From assembly GCA_031425695.1 (NCBI GenBank), contig JANPJV010000185.1:2234-66233 (forward strand): DNA of 64,000 nt, given 5' to 3'. This DNA comes from Rhodanobacteraceae bacterium (GTDB lineage: Bacteria > Pseudomonadota > Gammaproteobacteria > Xanthomonadales > SZUA-5). The notes under the pieces were generated by a model. That model made no database searches. It was not told the DNA's origin and saw only the letters and a program-made list of their open reading frames with translations. Position numbers and translations under genes: made by a program. This document shows positions 19,069-29,607 of the stretch, in pieces (the first letter of the stretch is position 1; every line of letters begins with the position of its first letter).

Positions 19069-21240
19069 ATGGCTGATCATCCGCTGCCGCTGTCCCGCCG
19101 CGCCCTACTGAAAGGCGCCGCCGGCCTGGTCGTCGGGGTGTTCCTGGCGCCGGGTGCCAAGCTCGCGCAAGCGGCGTCGCCCGCTGCCGCTGGCCCGTTT
19201 GCCCCGAATGCGTTCATCCGCGTCGGCACCGACAATCGGGTGACCGTGCTGGTCAAGCACATCGAGTTCGGCCAGGGCCCGTTTACTGGGCTTTCGACGC
19301 TGGTCGCCGAGGAGATGGACGCCGACTGGGCGCAGATGCGCGCGGAGCATGCGCCCGCGAATCCTGCCCTCTACAACAATCTCGCATTCGGGCCGATGCA
19401 GGGCACCGGCGGCTCGACGGCGATCGCCAATTCCTACGAGCAGATGCGCAAGGCCGGTGCGACCGCGCGCGCCATGCTGGTCGAAGCGGCCGCGCAACGC
19501 TGGAAGGTGCCGGCCGGCGAGATCACCGTCAGCAACGGCGTGGTCGCGCACGCGGCCTCTGGTCACGAGGCGCGTTTCGGCGAACTGGCTGAAGACGCCG
19601 CGAAGCTGCCAGTGCCATCCGACGTCAAGCTCAAGGATCCTGCCGACTTCAAGCTGATCGGACGCGAAGGCAAGGTCCGGCGGCTGGACACCGGGGCGAA
19701 GTCGAACGGCGCGGCACGCTTCACGATCGATGTCTATGCGCCCGAAATGCTCACCGTGGTGATCGCGCACGCGCCCAGCTTCGGGGCCAAGGTTGCCGCC
19801 TTCGACGACAAGGCCGCGCTTGGCGTTCGCGGCGTGGTGGCGGTCAAGCAGGTGCCGAGCGGGATCGCGGTCTACGCAGACGGCATGTGGCCGGCGCTGA
19901 AAGCACGCAGCCTGCTCGACGTCAGCTGGGACGAGTCCGCGGCGGAGCAGCGCAGCAGTGCACAGATGCTCGACCAGTATCGGACCAGCGCGGGCAAGCC
20001 CGGCGTGGTGGCCGCGGGCCATGGCGATGTCGCCAAGGGCCTGGAAAAGGCAACCAAGACCTTTACCCGCGACTACAGCTTTCCCTATCTCGCGCACGCG
20101 CCGATGGAGCCGCTCGATGGCTTCCTGCACTGGGACGGCAAAACCGCCAGGGCCGCGTTTGGTTGCCAGTTCCCCAGCATCGACCAGCCCACGATTGCCG
20201 CCGTGCTCGGTATCGAGCCGGCTGCCGTCGAGATCGAGATCCTGCTCGCCGGCGGCAGCTTCGGGCGGCGCGCGCAGCCAGAGGGCGATTTTGCGGCCGA
20301 GCTCGCTCAGGTGGCCAAGGCCTTCGGTCCGACCCGTCCGGTCAAGCTGGTATGGACGCGCGAGGACGACCTCACCGGCGGCCGCTATCGGCCGCTGTTC
20401 CTGCACCGCATGCAGGCCGGCATCGCGGACGACAAGATCGTCGCCTGGAAAAATACGATCGTCGGTGCCTCCTTCGCGAAGGGCACGCCGATGGAACCGA
20501 TGATGGTGAAGGGTGGCGTCGACTCGACCATGGTCGAAGGCGCGACCGAGCTGCCCTACGCGCTCGAAAATTTCTCCTGTGAGCTGCACATCGAGGACAG
20601 CGGCGTGCCCGGGCTGTGGTGGCGCTCGGTCGGCAGCACCCACACCGCGTATGCGGTCGAGTGCTTCGTCGATGAGCTGCTGCAGGCGCAGGGCCTGGAT
20701 CCGATCGAGGGCCGCATCGCGCTGCTGGGCGACGACGCGCGCTATGCCGGCGTGCTCCGCGAGGTCGCCAAGCTGGCGGACTGGAAAGGTCCCGAAGTCC
20801 GCGCAGGACGTGCGCGCGGCGTCGCCGTCGCCAAGTCATTCGGTACCTATGTTGCCCAGATTGCAGAAGTCTCGATGGCCGAGAATGGCGAGCCGCGCGT
20901 CCACAAGGTCTGGTGTGCAGTGGACTGCGGAGTGGTGGTCAACCCGGACATCGTGCGCGCACAGATGGAAGGCGGCATCGGCTACGGGCTTGGCGCGGTG
21001 CTGTATGGGGAGATACGGCTCGACTACGGACGCCCGGTGCAGAAGAATTTCGACGGCTATCGCTGCCTGCGCATCCAGGAGATGCCTGCGGTGGAAGTCG
21101 TAATCGTCAAATCAGCCGCGCCACCGACCGGTGTCGGCGAGCCTGGTGTCCCGCCGATCGGCCCGGCAGTCGCCAATGCCATCGGTCGCCTCGGCCGCGA
21201 ACGGCCCAGCCAGTTGCCGATCGTCCCGGGAGCCGTGTGA
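19069..21240 (+). CDS. Molybdopterin-binding subunit, IorB/xanthine dehydrogenase family
   Basis: Tat leader SRRALLK; [43 protein letters not shown]. Confidence 0.95.
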   Translation: MADHPLPLSRRALLKGAAGLVVGVFLAPGAKLAQAASPAAAGPFAPNAFIRVGTDNRVTVLVKHIEFGQGPFTGLSTLVAEEMDADWAQMRAEHAPANPALYNNLAFGPMQGTGGSTAIANSYEQMRKAGATARAMLVEAAAQRWKVPAGEITVSNGVVAHAASGHEARFGELAEDAAKLPVPSDVKLKDPADFKLIGREGKVRRLDTGAKSNGAARFTIDVYAPEMLTVVIAHAPSFGAKVAAFDDKAALGVRGVVAVKQVPSGIAVYADGMWPALKARSLLDVSWDESAAEQRSSAQMLDQYRTSAGKPGVVAAGHGDVAKGLEKATKTFTRDYSFPYLAHAPMEPLDGFLHWDGKTARAAFGCQFPSIDQPTIAAVLGIEPAAVEIEILLAGGSFGRRAQPEGDFAAELAQVAKAFGPTRPVKLVWTREDDLTGGRYRPLFLHRMQAGIADDKIVAWKNTIVGASFAKGTPMEPMMVKGGVDSTMVEGATELPYALENFSCELHIEDSGVPGLWWRSVGSTHTAYAVECFVDELLQAQGLDPIEGRIALLGDDARYAGVLREVAKLADWKGPEVRAGRARGVAVAKSFGTYVAQIAEVSMAENGEPRVHKVWCAVDCGVVVNPDIVRAQMEGGIGYGLGAVLYGEIRLDYGRPVQKNFDGYRCLRIQEMPAVEVVIVKSAAPPTGVGEPGVPPIGPAVANAIGRLGRERPSQLPIVPGAV

Positions 21241-21845
21241 TGCGCATCCTGATCCTGCTGTGTGGCCTGCTCTGCACCTTCTCCGTCGCCGCCGAGACGG
21301 GCGACGCGCCGCAAACGCCGCCGCCGCATCTGAAGGCACCTGACGACTTCGCGCAGATCACCGATGCCAAGGCCCGCTCGATTGCGCTGTTCGCGGAGGC
21401 GACCAAGGTCATCACCCATCCGCGCTGCCTCAACTGCCATCCCAAGGACGAGCGTCCGACCCAGAAAGACAGCCTGCAACCGCACCAGCCCTGGGTGGTG
21501 CGGGGCAGCGACGGCCACGGTGCGCCAGGCATGCGCTGCCACACTTGTCATCACGATGAGAACTTCGATCCGGCGGGCGTCCCTGGCCACCCGAAGTGGG
21601 CGCTCGCGCCCGCGTCGATGGCCTGGCAGGGCAAGACCGCGGGCGAAATCTGCTCGCAGCTGCTAGACGAGAAGCGCAACGGCGGCATGGACCACGCCGA
21701 GCTGATCCACCACATGGCCGAAGACTCACTGGTCGGCTGGGGCTGGGCGCCCGGCAGCGGACGCGAGCCCGTACCCGGCACGCAGGCCGCTTTCGGTGCC
21801 CTCATCCGCGCCTGGATCGAGAGCGGCGCGCACTGCCCGGAGTAG
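21240..21845 (+). CDS. Periplasmic diheme c-type cytochrome (Ior-associated subunit)
   Basis: Start overlaps the upstream stop; signal peptide; CLNCH and CHTCH heme motifs. Confidence 0.88.
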   Translation: MRILILLCGLLCTFSVAAETGDAPQTPPPHLKAPDDFAQITDAKARSIALFAEATKVITHPRCLNCHPKDERPTQKDSLQPHQPWVVRGSDGHGAPGMRCHTCHHDENFDPAGVPGHPKWALAPASMAWQGKTAGEICSQLLDEKRNGGMDHAELIHHMAEDSLVGWGWAPGSGREPVPGTQAAFGALIRAWIESGAHCPE

Positions 21846-21860
21846 CTCTTGTGCGCCGTT

Positions 21861-21982
21861 GTGGGTCCGGACCTCGTCCGCACGCCTCCTTCCGCCGGCG
21901 TTCGCGAGGGTGGCGCTCCCACGCCGCCCCCTTGCCTGACCACGCTGAGCTTCGAGGCGCCGGCGCAGGAGCGCCGCCCTCC
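21861..21982. repeat. Composite REP cluster: family A arm plus GGAGGGCGGC-type doublet
   Basis: gtgggtccggacctcgtccgcacgc; gagggtggcgctcccacgccg ... cggcgcaggagcgccgccctcc (same family as 47231). Confidence 0.75.
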
Positions 21983-22074
21983 ATCAAGTTGATCGCGCAA
22001 CCGACTACGTCGCCAGCCCCAAGCCGTGGCATGCTTGATCGGCGCGCGTTCGCGCCGGAGGCGTAGTTGCGTCA

Positions 22075-23307
22075 ATGGAATTGGACGAGCTCAAAGTGAC
22101 GATTGATGAGCTGACGCCGGGGATGTTCGTCTCGCGGTTGGATCGGCCCTGGATCGGGACCAAGTTCCCGTTGCAGGGGCTCAGGATCAGCAGCCAGGAA
22201 GAGATCGAGGCGCTGCGGGCTTACTGTCATTTCGTCTTCATCGATGTGCAAAAGGGTCAGGTCCCGAAGCAGCGTGGCCTGCTGCAGCGCCTGGGCTATG
22301 GGCGCCTCGTTCACCATGGCCGGCCGGCCCCGCCGGCAACCGTACACCCAAATGATGTCCCGCTCGGCGAAGAGCTGCCGCACGCGCGCAAGGCGTGGGA
22401 CGACGTGCGCGCGCTGGCGTCGAACTTCATCGACGACGTACGCGCCGGGCGCCGGCTCAGCGCCGACGACCTCGGCGGCGCCATGGAGCCGATCGTCGCC
22501 AGCGTGATCCGCAACGCCGACGCCTTCTTCTGGCTGGAGGCGCTGCGGCGGCGGGATGCCTACAGCTACAGTCATTCGGTGAACTGCTGCGCGCTGGTGG
22601 TGAGCTTTGGCCGCCATCTCGGCTTTCCGCGCGCGATGCTGGTCGACCTGGCCAGCGCCGGCATGCTCATGGACATCGGCAAGGCCGCGCTGCCGGAAGA
22701 ATTGCTCGGTCGTGCAGGGCCTCCGATCAAGGAAGAGACCACACTCATCCAGTCGCACGTCGGCCACAGTGTCGCCATGCTGGAGCAGGCGGGGATTCGC
22801 GACCCGGAGATCATCGAAATGATCGAAAACCATCACGAGCGCCACGATGGTTCCGGCTACCCGCGAAAGCTGTTCGGTTCGCAGATCCCGTTGACCTCGC
22901 GCATGCTGGGCCTGGTCGATACCTTCGATGCGCTCTCCAGCGAGCGCCCGCACCAAAAGGCGATGAACAAGCACGAAGTGCTGCAATGGCTGTACCGTCA
23001 TCGCGATGGCTTGTTCCAGGCCGACTTGATCGAGCAGTTCAGCCAGACCCTCGGGGTCTACCCGACCGGATCGCTGGTCCAGCTGTCCTCTGGAGAGGTT
23101 GCCGTGGTCATGGCGCAGAACCCGGCGCGCCGGCTGTTCCCGCGGGTGACCGTGCTCACCCGCCAGGACAAGACCCTGGACTCCACCTTCATGCAGGTCG
23201 ACCTCTGGAGCCTCGGCAGCAACGAGGATCCGACGAAGCGCGTTTGGATCGAGCGCGCGCTGCCGCCTGGCGCCTTTGGTCTCGATCCGACCGAACTTTT
23301 CCTGTGA
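22075..23307 (+). CDS. DUF3391 + HD-GYP domain protein
   Basis: N-terminal L.PGMFVSRLDRPW; YSYSHSVN, LMDIGK (HD degenerate), HHERHDGSGYP, GVYPTGSLVQLSSGE. Confidence 0.92.
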   Translation: MELDELKVTIDELTPGMFVSRLDRPWIGTKFPLQGLRISSQEEIEALRAYCHFVFIDVQKGQVPKQRGLLQRLGYGRLVHHGRPAPPATVHPNDVPLGEELPHARKAWDDVRALASNFIDDVRAGRRLSADDLGGAMEPIVASVIRNADAFFWLEALRRRDAYSYSHSVNCCALVVSFGRHLGFPRAMLVDLASAGMLMDIGKAALPEELLGRAGPPIKEETTLIQSHVGHSVAMLEQAGIRDPEIIEMIENHHERHDGSGYPRKLFGSQIPLTSRMLGLVDTFDALSSERPHQKAMNKHEVLQWLYRHRDGLFQADLIEQFSQTLGVYPTGSLVQLSSGEVAVVMAQNPARRLFPRVTVLTRQDKTLDSTFMQVDLWSLGSNEDPTKRVWIERALPPGAFGLDPTELFL

Positions 23308-24563
23308 GTGCGGTCACCAGCGCCAGCGGGCCCTCACGGCTGTTGGTCGGCACTGATCTCCAGCGCGAGATCGAGCGCTTGGCGGTATCCGGCGGCGGCC
23401 GTTGCGGGCTCATGCTGGTCCATCTGCGCCGCATGCGCCAGGTCAGCGCGCTGCTCGGCAGCGCCGCGGCGCTGGCGCTGCTGCATGCGACCGAAGCGCG
23501 CCTCTCCGAATTGCTGCGACCGATCGACCGCGTGTTCCTGGTGGCGCCCAATGAACTGCTGGTGGTGCTGCCCAAGCTCATGAGCCGCGAGCACGGGGTG
23601 CTGGCCGCGCGCAAGGTGCTGCGCCAGTTCGAGATTCCGATCCAGGTGCTGGAACGTCCGATGACGCCGGTGCTGACGCTGGCGCTCGCTGTCGCCAAGG
23701 ATGCGGCCGAGGCGATCGAGAGCGTGATCGGGCGTGCCCAGGGAGCGCTCGACCAGGCGCTCGAGCTGAACCGGCGCCTGGTCGTGGCGTCGGATGCGGC
23801 CAAGGAAGCGTGGCTGCTCGACGACCTGCGCGACGCGCTGGTCAACAACGAGCTCAGTGTGCACTTCCAGCCGGTGTTCGCGCTCGCCGAAAATCGCATC
23901 GTCGCCGTCGAGGCGCTCGCGCGCTGGAATTCGGAGCGCCACGGGGTGATTTCGCCCAACCGCTTCATCGCGCTCGCCGAACAGACCGGCCTCGCGCCCG
24001 AGCTCACGCGCTGGGGCGTCAATGCGGTATTGCGCGAGTACGCGCCGCTGCGCCACAGTCGCCCCGACCTGCGTTGCGCTTTCAATCTTTCACCAAAGGT
24101 CATCGGCCAGTTCGGGCTGGAAGAACAGATCCACTCGGCCCTGGCCATCTGGGATATCCCGGCCAGCTCACTGGTACTCGAAGTCACCGAATCGGCCGTG
24201 ATGGAAGACCCCGAGCTCAGCACGGTCGTGCTCAGGAACCTGCGCGAGCGCGGGGTGACCATCTCGATCGATGATTTCGGCCAGGGCTATTCCTCCTTCA
24301 CCTATCTCAAGAACTTCCCCGCCACCGAGCTCAAGATCGACCAGTCCTTCGTCACCGCGATGGGCACCGACGCGCGCAGCCGGCAACTCGTCAAAGCCAT
24401 CATCAATCTCGCCCACGACCTCGGCATGCAGGTCGTCGCCGAGGGCGTCGAAGACCAGATCGTCCTCGACCACCTGATCGAGCTCGGCTGCGACATGGCC
24501 CAGGGCTACCACCTCGCCCGCCCGCTGGCCAAGGAAGAGCTGCTCAAGCTGCTGCAGGAGTGA
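23304..24563 (+). CDS. EAL phosphodiesterase with degenerate GGDEF domain
   Basis: GTG start overlapping the upstream TGA; APNEL in place of GGDEF; EAL, LEVTES, IDDFGQGYSS, LKIDQSF, VAEGVE, AQGY. Confidence 0.92.
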   Translation: MSAVTSASGPSRLLVGTDLQREIERLAVSGGGRCGLMLVHLRRMRQVSALLGSAAALALLHATEARLSELLRPIDRVFLVAPNELLVVLPKLMSREHGVLAARKVLRQFEIPIQVLERPMTPVLTLALAVAKDAAEAIESVIGRAQGALDQALELNRRLVVASDAAKEAWLLDDLRDALVNNELSVHFQPVFALAENRIVAVEALARWNSERHGVISPNRFIALAEQTGLAPELTRWGVNAVLREYAPLRHSRPDLRCAFNLSPKVIGQFGLEEQIHSALAIWDIPASSLVLEVTESAVMEDPELSTVVLRNLRERGVTISIDDFGQGYSSFTYLKNFPATELKIDQSFVTAMGTDARSRQLVKAIINLAHDLGMQVVAEGVEDQIVLDHLIELGCDMAQGYHLARPLAKEELLKLLQE

Positions 24564-24570
24564 GGTGAAC

Positions 24571-24640
24571 CGGTTTCGGTTTTCGGTTTCGGATCAAAGC
24601 GAAGCGCTCTTACCGACACCGACGACCGACACCGAAACCG
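24571..24640. repeat. Inverted repeat of hexamer units (same family as 4421)
   Basis: cggtttcggttttcggtttcgg ... ccgacaccgacgaccgacaccgaaaccg. Confidence 0.8.
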
Positions 24641-24648
24641 CTTCTCAC

Positions 24649-25761
24649 TCACCCGCCGCCCATGCTGATCACCACCTTGCCGCGCGCGCGGCCGGTTTCG
24701 AGATAGGTGATCGCCTCGGGTACCTGGGCCAGGGTGTATTGGCGGTCGATGACCGGGGCCAGGGTGCCCTTGGCGAGCATGTCCGCGAGGATCTGGAGGT
24801 CGGCCGGGTTGAGCTCGGCCATCAGCATGGACATGTCCTGGCTCACGAAGGGCGACTGCAGTGCGGCCTTGAGCGGCTGGATCATCGGGCCGAGCCACGG
24901 ATCGTCGCTGGAGCCACCGATGATCACCAGCCGCCCATCGGGCTCGAGCACGCTGCGGAGCTCTGCCAGCGTGCGGTTGCCGACATTGTCGATGATCAGG
25001 TCATAGCGGGTTTCGCCTGCGGTGAAATCCGTCTGCGTGTAGTCGACCACGTGGGTGGCGCCGATGCCGCGGACGAGCTCGAGGTTGCGGGTGCTGCAGA
25101 CGCCGGTAACCTCCGCGCCAAAGGCCCTGGCAATCTGGACGGCAAAGCTGCCGACGCCGCCAGAGGCCCCGTTGATCAACACTTTCTGCCCGGCTTCGAG
25201 CTTGCCCTTGTCGCGCAGTCCCTGCAGTGCGGTGACCGCAGCGATCGGCACGGCCGCGGCCTGCTCGAAGCTCACGTTAGCCGGCTTCAGGACGACCGAG
25301 CGGTCGGCGCGGACCACCACGTATTCGGCAAATGCACCGGTACGCCCGCCAAAAACTTCATCGCCCACCTTGAATGCCGTGACGTTCTTGCCGACAGCTT
25401 CGACCACGCCGGCGTAATCGACACCAAGCCGTGATTCGGTCGGAGCGCCGATTCCGGCAGACATGCGCATGAGGTACGGCTCGCCGCGCAGGTAATGCCA
25501 GTCGAGCGGGTTGACTCCGGCCGCGCGCACCTTCACCAGCAGCTGGTCGGCGTCAGGTTGCGGGCGCGCAATCTGTTCGAGCGCCAGCACCTCGGGCCCG
25601 CCGTAGCAGCGATAGACGATCGCCTGCATCTGCGGACCTTCACCAGCCACCGCCGGGCGTTCCGAACATGGCGACTCATAGCTCAGCGTGACCGCCAGCG
25701 CGGTGACCGCCACCGACATCACCCCACCCAGCCACAACAGGATCTTCGAACGACGACGCAT
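24649..25761 (-). CDS. NAD(P)-dependent quinone oxidoreductase/alcohol dehydrogenase (MDR family) with N-terminal TM
   Basis: VRAAGVNPLDW, KVGDEVFG, LINGASGGVGSFAVQIA, RARGKVVI. Confidence 0.92.
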   Translation of the reverse strand: MRRRSKILLWLGGVMSVAVTALAVTLSYESPCSERPAVAGEGPQMQAIVYRCYGGPEVLALEQIARPQPDADQLLVKVRAAGVNPLDWHYLRGEPYLMRMSAGIGAPTESRLGVDYAGVVEAVGKNVTAFKVGDEVFGGRTGAFAEYVVVRADRSVVLKPANVSFEQAAAVPIAAVTALQGLRDKGKLEAGQKVLINGASGGVGSFAVQIARAFGAEVTGVCSTRNLELVRGIGATHVVDYTQTDFTAGETRYDLIIDNVGNRTLAELRSVLEPDGRLVIIGGSSDDPWLGPMIQPLKAALQSPFVSQDMSMLMAELNPADLQILADMLAKGTLAPVIDRQYTLAQVPEAITYLETGRARGKVVISMGGG

Positions 25762-25910
25762 GTGGATCTCCTCAGCGCAGAAAGCGCGCTGCAGGTGGTC
25801 ACTATGGGCGTGGCAAACCGGCGATCCAAGCCAAGTGCGACCAACAGCGCACGTGGATCTACCAGCTGCGCCAGGCAGCGACGAACGCTGTTCTTTTGCT
25901 TTTGCGTTGC

Positions 25911-25997
25911 GTGGGTCCGGACCTTGTCCGGACGCTCTTAGCCTTCAAAGACGCCATGGGCCTCCAGAGAAAGCGTCCGGACACGGTCCGGACCCAC
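25911..25997. repeat. REP doublet, family A
   Basis: gtgggtccggaccttgtccggacgct ... agcgtccggacacggtccggacccac. Confidence 0.9.
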
Positions 25998-26078
25998 GCA
26001 AGCAAAAACCCATGACTTCCTGCACTTCTTGGTGATGTAGTGAACTACCACACTAGTCTTCCCAACGAGGAGAACACC

Positions 26079-27014
26079 ATGAAGCGCAACCTGTTGTCGA
26101 TGTCCGTGCTGCTGGCCGCCCTGGTCGGCGCGCAGCACCTGTTCGCAGCGCAGCCAGCGGCGCTCGCAGGCGCTGTCAATGCCTCGGCCCAGGCCGTGAC
26201 CGCGCCCGATCCGGCGCAGAGCATTCGCGATGCGGTGCGTCAGCTACGCGCCAATGACCTGGCCGGCCTGGTCGCGACGCTGGTGCCGCCGGGGCAGCTG
26301 AAAATGATGCGCGGCGCCTATGAGGTGAAGCGGACCGAGCGGACCACCGACGAGGATCGTGCCGAGTTCGAGGAAGGTATTGCCAAGCTCACGGCGCCAG
26401 ATGCGGTCAACAAGCTCATGGCGGAGATCGAGCCGAAGTTGATCGAAGTGCGGCCGCAGGCACCAGGCGCGTTGATGATGGGGTTTGGTGCGTTGCAGAT
26501 GGCGATCACTTCGCCTGAGTCGGAGCTCACGCCGTAACAGCGCGACGCCCTCCGGCGCGCGCTGCCGGGTCTGCAGAACTGGGCGACCAGCACCGACTTC
26601 CTGAGCTCGCAGTCGATGCGCCAGGCGCTCACGCTGATTACCAATGCCGCGCGCAGTACCGGCGTCAGCAACCTCGACCAGCTGAAGATGCTGTCCTTCG
26701 AAGAAGTCCTCGCGCGTGCCGGCAACATGCTCGCGGCGAGCAAGCAGGCCCTGCGCATCTACGGCCTGGACATCGACGCGATCATGGCCACCACCCGTGT
26801 CGAAGTGCTCACGATCGAGGGCGAGAAGGCGCGCGTGCGCACCACCGTGACCGTGTTCGATGCGCCAATTTCCAAGGAACACGAACTGGTGCTGGTTGAA
26901 GGCCGCTGGTATGGCAAGGACGCGTTGATCCATTTCAACGATCACCACCACAAGCACGGCCGCGGCAGCGACCATGACGACCTGATCGACGTAAAGGTCG
27001 AAGTGGAGAGCTGA
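26079..27014 (+). pseudogene. Secreted alpha-helical hypothetical protein interrupted by one in-frame TAA (26535-26537)
   Basis: The two track ORFs (26040-26537 and 26616-27014) share a frame and read continuously SELTP*QRDALRRALPGLQNW; gaggag RBS and signal peptide at 26079. Confidence 0.8.
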
Positions 27015-27414
27015 TCGCGAGTGCGGGGCGCGGCTTTCGTCTGCGTCCCGAAATCGCGCCGGTGTCGGCTTTGCTCTACGTAGAGTGGAACTTGCTCCAC
27101 TACTTAGCCCATGACGCGCCAAGCAAGGAAAAGCAGCGGAGCTCGCTCCGCTGCCCTTGGCTTCGCTGCGCCCGTGTAGGACTTGCGACATTTTCAAAAA
27201 AAGCCTCCAGCCCCGCTGAGCACGCCCCGGCAACACGCCCGAAAAACCGTTGAACAGGTTGGCAAGGCGCCGTGCCCATAAAGCGGCCGATTCTTAAATA
27301 AAAAGCCAAGTATTCATCTACGCGGCCCCAATTCACGGACCCAGCACACTCGTGCTGTAAAGTGATTTCAGGCTCGGGACAATGGTTTCCCGGCACCGAC
27401 CTGGGGGGTCACCA

Positions 27415-29571
27415 ATGAATTCCTTATTGAAATTGCGCAGCGTTAGCTGCGCAGCGATGGCGCTTGCGTGCGTGAATATCAGCTACGCCAGTGACATCGA
27501 ACCAAATTCAAATGCGGCGGCCGCAAGTGCCCGTCACGCGAGCCTTCCGCTGCGATTCGAACCGAACGTCGGGCAAATCGACCCGTCGGTCGACTTTATG
27601 GCGCGCGGCAATGGATATACGATGTTTCTGACGCCCAAAGAGTCCGTACTCGTATTTGGCGCGCCGGCACATTCGGCCAGTGACGCGGTCTCCAAAACCG
27701 CCGCTAAAACGCCAGCCGTCTTGCGCATGCAGTTTTCCGGCGCGAACCCGGCGCCTGAGCTCACCGGCGTCGACGCTTTGCCGGGAATTACCAACTATTT
27801 CATCGGCAGCGACCCGGAAAAATGGCGGACGGATATCGTCGCGTTCGCAAAAGTGCGCTACGCCGAGATTTATCCCGGAATCGATCTCGTTTATTACGGC
27901 AACGCCCGCAACGTCGAATACGATTTTGTGCTGGCAGCCGGCGCTGATGCCGGACAGATCCGCATGAAGATCGTGGGCGCGGAGCGCATGGCGGTCAACG
28001 CCGATGGCGAACTCGTCCTTGGCGTGGCGGGCGGCGAGCTGCGCCAGCCGGCACCGTTGATCTACCAGCAAGGGACGACCGGCAAGACCTTGGTCTCGGG
28101 CAGCTATGTGCTGCATGGCAAGGAGGTCGGGTTCGCGCTTGGTGCCTACGACCGCACGCGGGCGCTGGTCATCGATCCCGTGCTCATCTATTCGACGTAT
28201 CTCGGCGGCAGCGGCTTCGATCAGGTCAACTCGATCCATGTGGGCCCGACCGGCGACGCCTACGTGACCGGCGTCACCAGCTCGGCTAATTTCCCGCTCC
28301 AGGGGACACCGAGTTCTGCGTACGGTGGTAGCCAGGACCTGTTCGTGACCAAGCTCCGTCTCGCGGGCAGCGGGCTCACCTACTCGACCTACATCGGTGG
28401 CATCGGGGACGACATCGGCAACGACATCGTCGTCAGCGGTGCCGGTACCGCGTATGTCACCGGCTCGACCACGTCGATCAATTACCCGGTCGTTACCCCG
28501 ACCATCGCCGCCCAGGTCGGCGGTACGGATGCCTTCCTGACCAAGCTGACCGCGGCCGGCAATGGCATCGTTTACTCGACTTACTGGGGCAGCACCGGCT
28601 TCGAGGAGGGCACCGCAGTCACCGTCGATCCGGCGGACAATGCCTACATCTCGGGCAACACCAGCGCGCCCAATTTTCCGACGCAGACCGCATTCCAGGC
28701 GGCCCTCGCCGGCGGCATGGACGCGTTCATGACCAAGTTCAGCGTAGCCGGTAATTCGATCGTCTACTCGACCTATCTCGGTGGCGCGCAAGACGACCGG
28801 GCGACCGACATGAGGGTGGCGGACGACGCGGCGGTGTTCGTGATCGGCAGTACCACGTCGGCCAATTTCCCGATCAAGTCACCGGCCTTGCAGGGCAGCC
28901 TTGGCGGCGGGCGCGACGCCTTCCTCACCCACTTCAGCCTGGCCGGCAATGCACTGCTGTACTCGACCTTCATCGGCGGCGCGAGCGATGACGAAGCGCT
29001 CGGGATGACCATCGACGCGCCCATGAATGCCTACGTCACCGGCCGCACCGCCTCGGTCAATTTCCCGACGCAGGTTCCCATGCAGGGAAGTCATGGCGGC
29101 GGGGCCACGGATGCTTTCGCGATCAAGATCAATCCTCCGGGCAGTGCGATCGTCTTCTCGACTTTCCTCGGTGGCCTCGGCGATGACAGCGGACACAGCG
29201 TCGCGCTCGATACCACGCGCAACGTATTCCTGACCGGCAGTACCACTTCGGGCAACTTCCCACTGCTGCTCGCGTTCCAGAACAGCCTCGGCGGCGCGAC
29301 CGATGCTTTCGTCACCAAGCTCGCATTGAGCGGCAGCGCGTTGATCTATTCGACCTACCTCGGCGGCATCAGCGCCGATGCGGGTCATGGCATCGGCGTC
29401 GACCTCGTCGGCAACGCCTACGTCGCCGGCTACACCGAGTCGATCAACTTCCCAACCACCGCTGCATTCCAGTCCGCCTTTGGCGCGGTGCGCGACGGCT
29501 TCGTGTCCAAGATCGCGGAAACGAATGACCTCGATCTCATCTTTGCCGACGGCTTCGAGTCGCAGAACTGA
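27415..29571 (+). CDS. Secreted SBBP (seven-bladed beta-propeller) repeat protein with C-terminal DLIFADGFE tail
   Basis: Signal peptide; FEPNVGQ...YPGIDLVYYG...LVIDP N-terminal domain; seven ~60-aa YSTYLGG-type repeats. Confidence 0.92.
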   Translation: MNSLLKLRSVSCAAMALACVNISYASDIEPNSNAAAASARHASLPLRFEPNVGQIDPSVDFMARGNGYTMFLTPKESVLVFGAPAHSASDAVSKTAAKTPAVLRMQFSGANPAPELTGVDALPGITNYFIGSDPEKWRTDIVAFAKVRYAEIYPGIDLVYYGNARNVEYDFVLAAGADAGQIRMKIVGAERMAVNADGELVLGVAGGELRQPAPLIYQQGTTGKTLVSGSYVLHGKEVGFALGAYDRTRALVIDPVLIYSTYLGGSGFDQVNSIHVGPTGDAYVTGVTSSANFPLQGTPSSAYGGSQDLFVTKLRLAGSGLTYSTYIGGIGDDIGNDIVVSGAGTAYVTGSTTSINYPVVTPTIAAQVGGTDAFLTKLTAAGNGIVYSTYWGSTGFEEGTAVTVDPADNAYISGNTSAPNFPTQTAFQAALAGGMDAFMTKFSVAGNSIVYSTYLGGAQDDRATDMRVADDAAVFVIGSTTSANFPIKSPALQGSLGGGRDAFLTHFSLAGNALLYSTFIGGASDDEALGMTIDAPMNAYVTGRTASVNFPTQVPMQGSHGGGATDAFAIKINPPGSAIVFSTFLGGLGDDSGHSVALDTTRNVFLTGSTTSGNFPLLLAFQNSLGGATDAFVTKLALSGSALIYSTYLGGISADAGHGIGVDLVGNAYVAGYTESINFPTTAAFQSAFGAVRDGFVSKIAETNDLDLIFADGFESQN

Positions 29572-29607
29572 CGAGCTTGAGCCCGGGTGCGGCGAACGCA
29601 CCCGGGC

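Noticed and set aside
22395-23303. N-terminal extension of the EAL ORF given in the track (likewise extensions of oleC, selO, DUF3999 and yaeQ)
   Set aside because: These extensions overlap neighbouring genes or REPs and are low-complexity Arg/Ala text; downstream starts fit better.
26535-26537. Sec/Pyl recoding or alternative genetic code at the internal stop
   Set aside because: The codon is TAA, which terminates other genes in this window normally; a point mutation or sequencing error is simpler.
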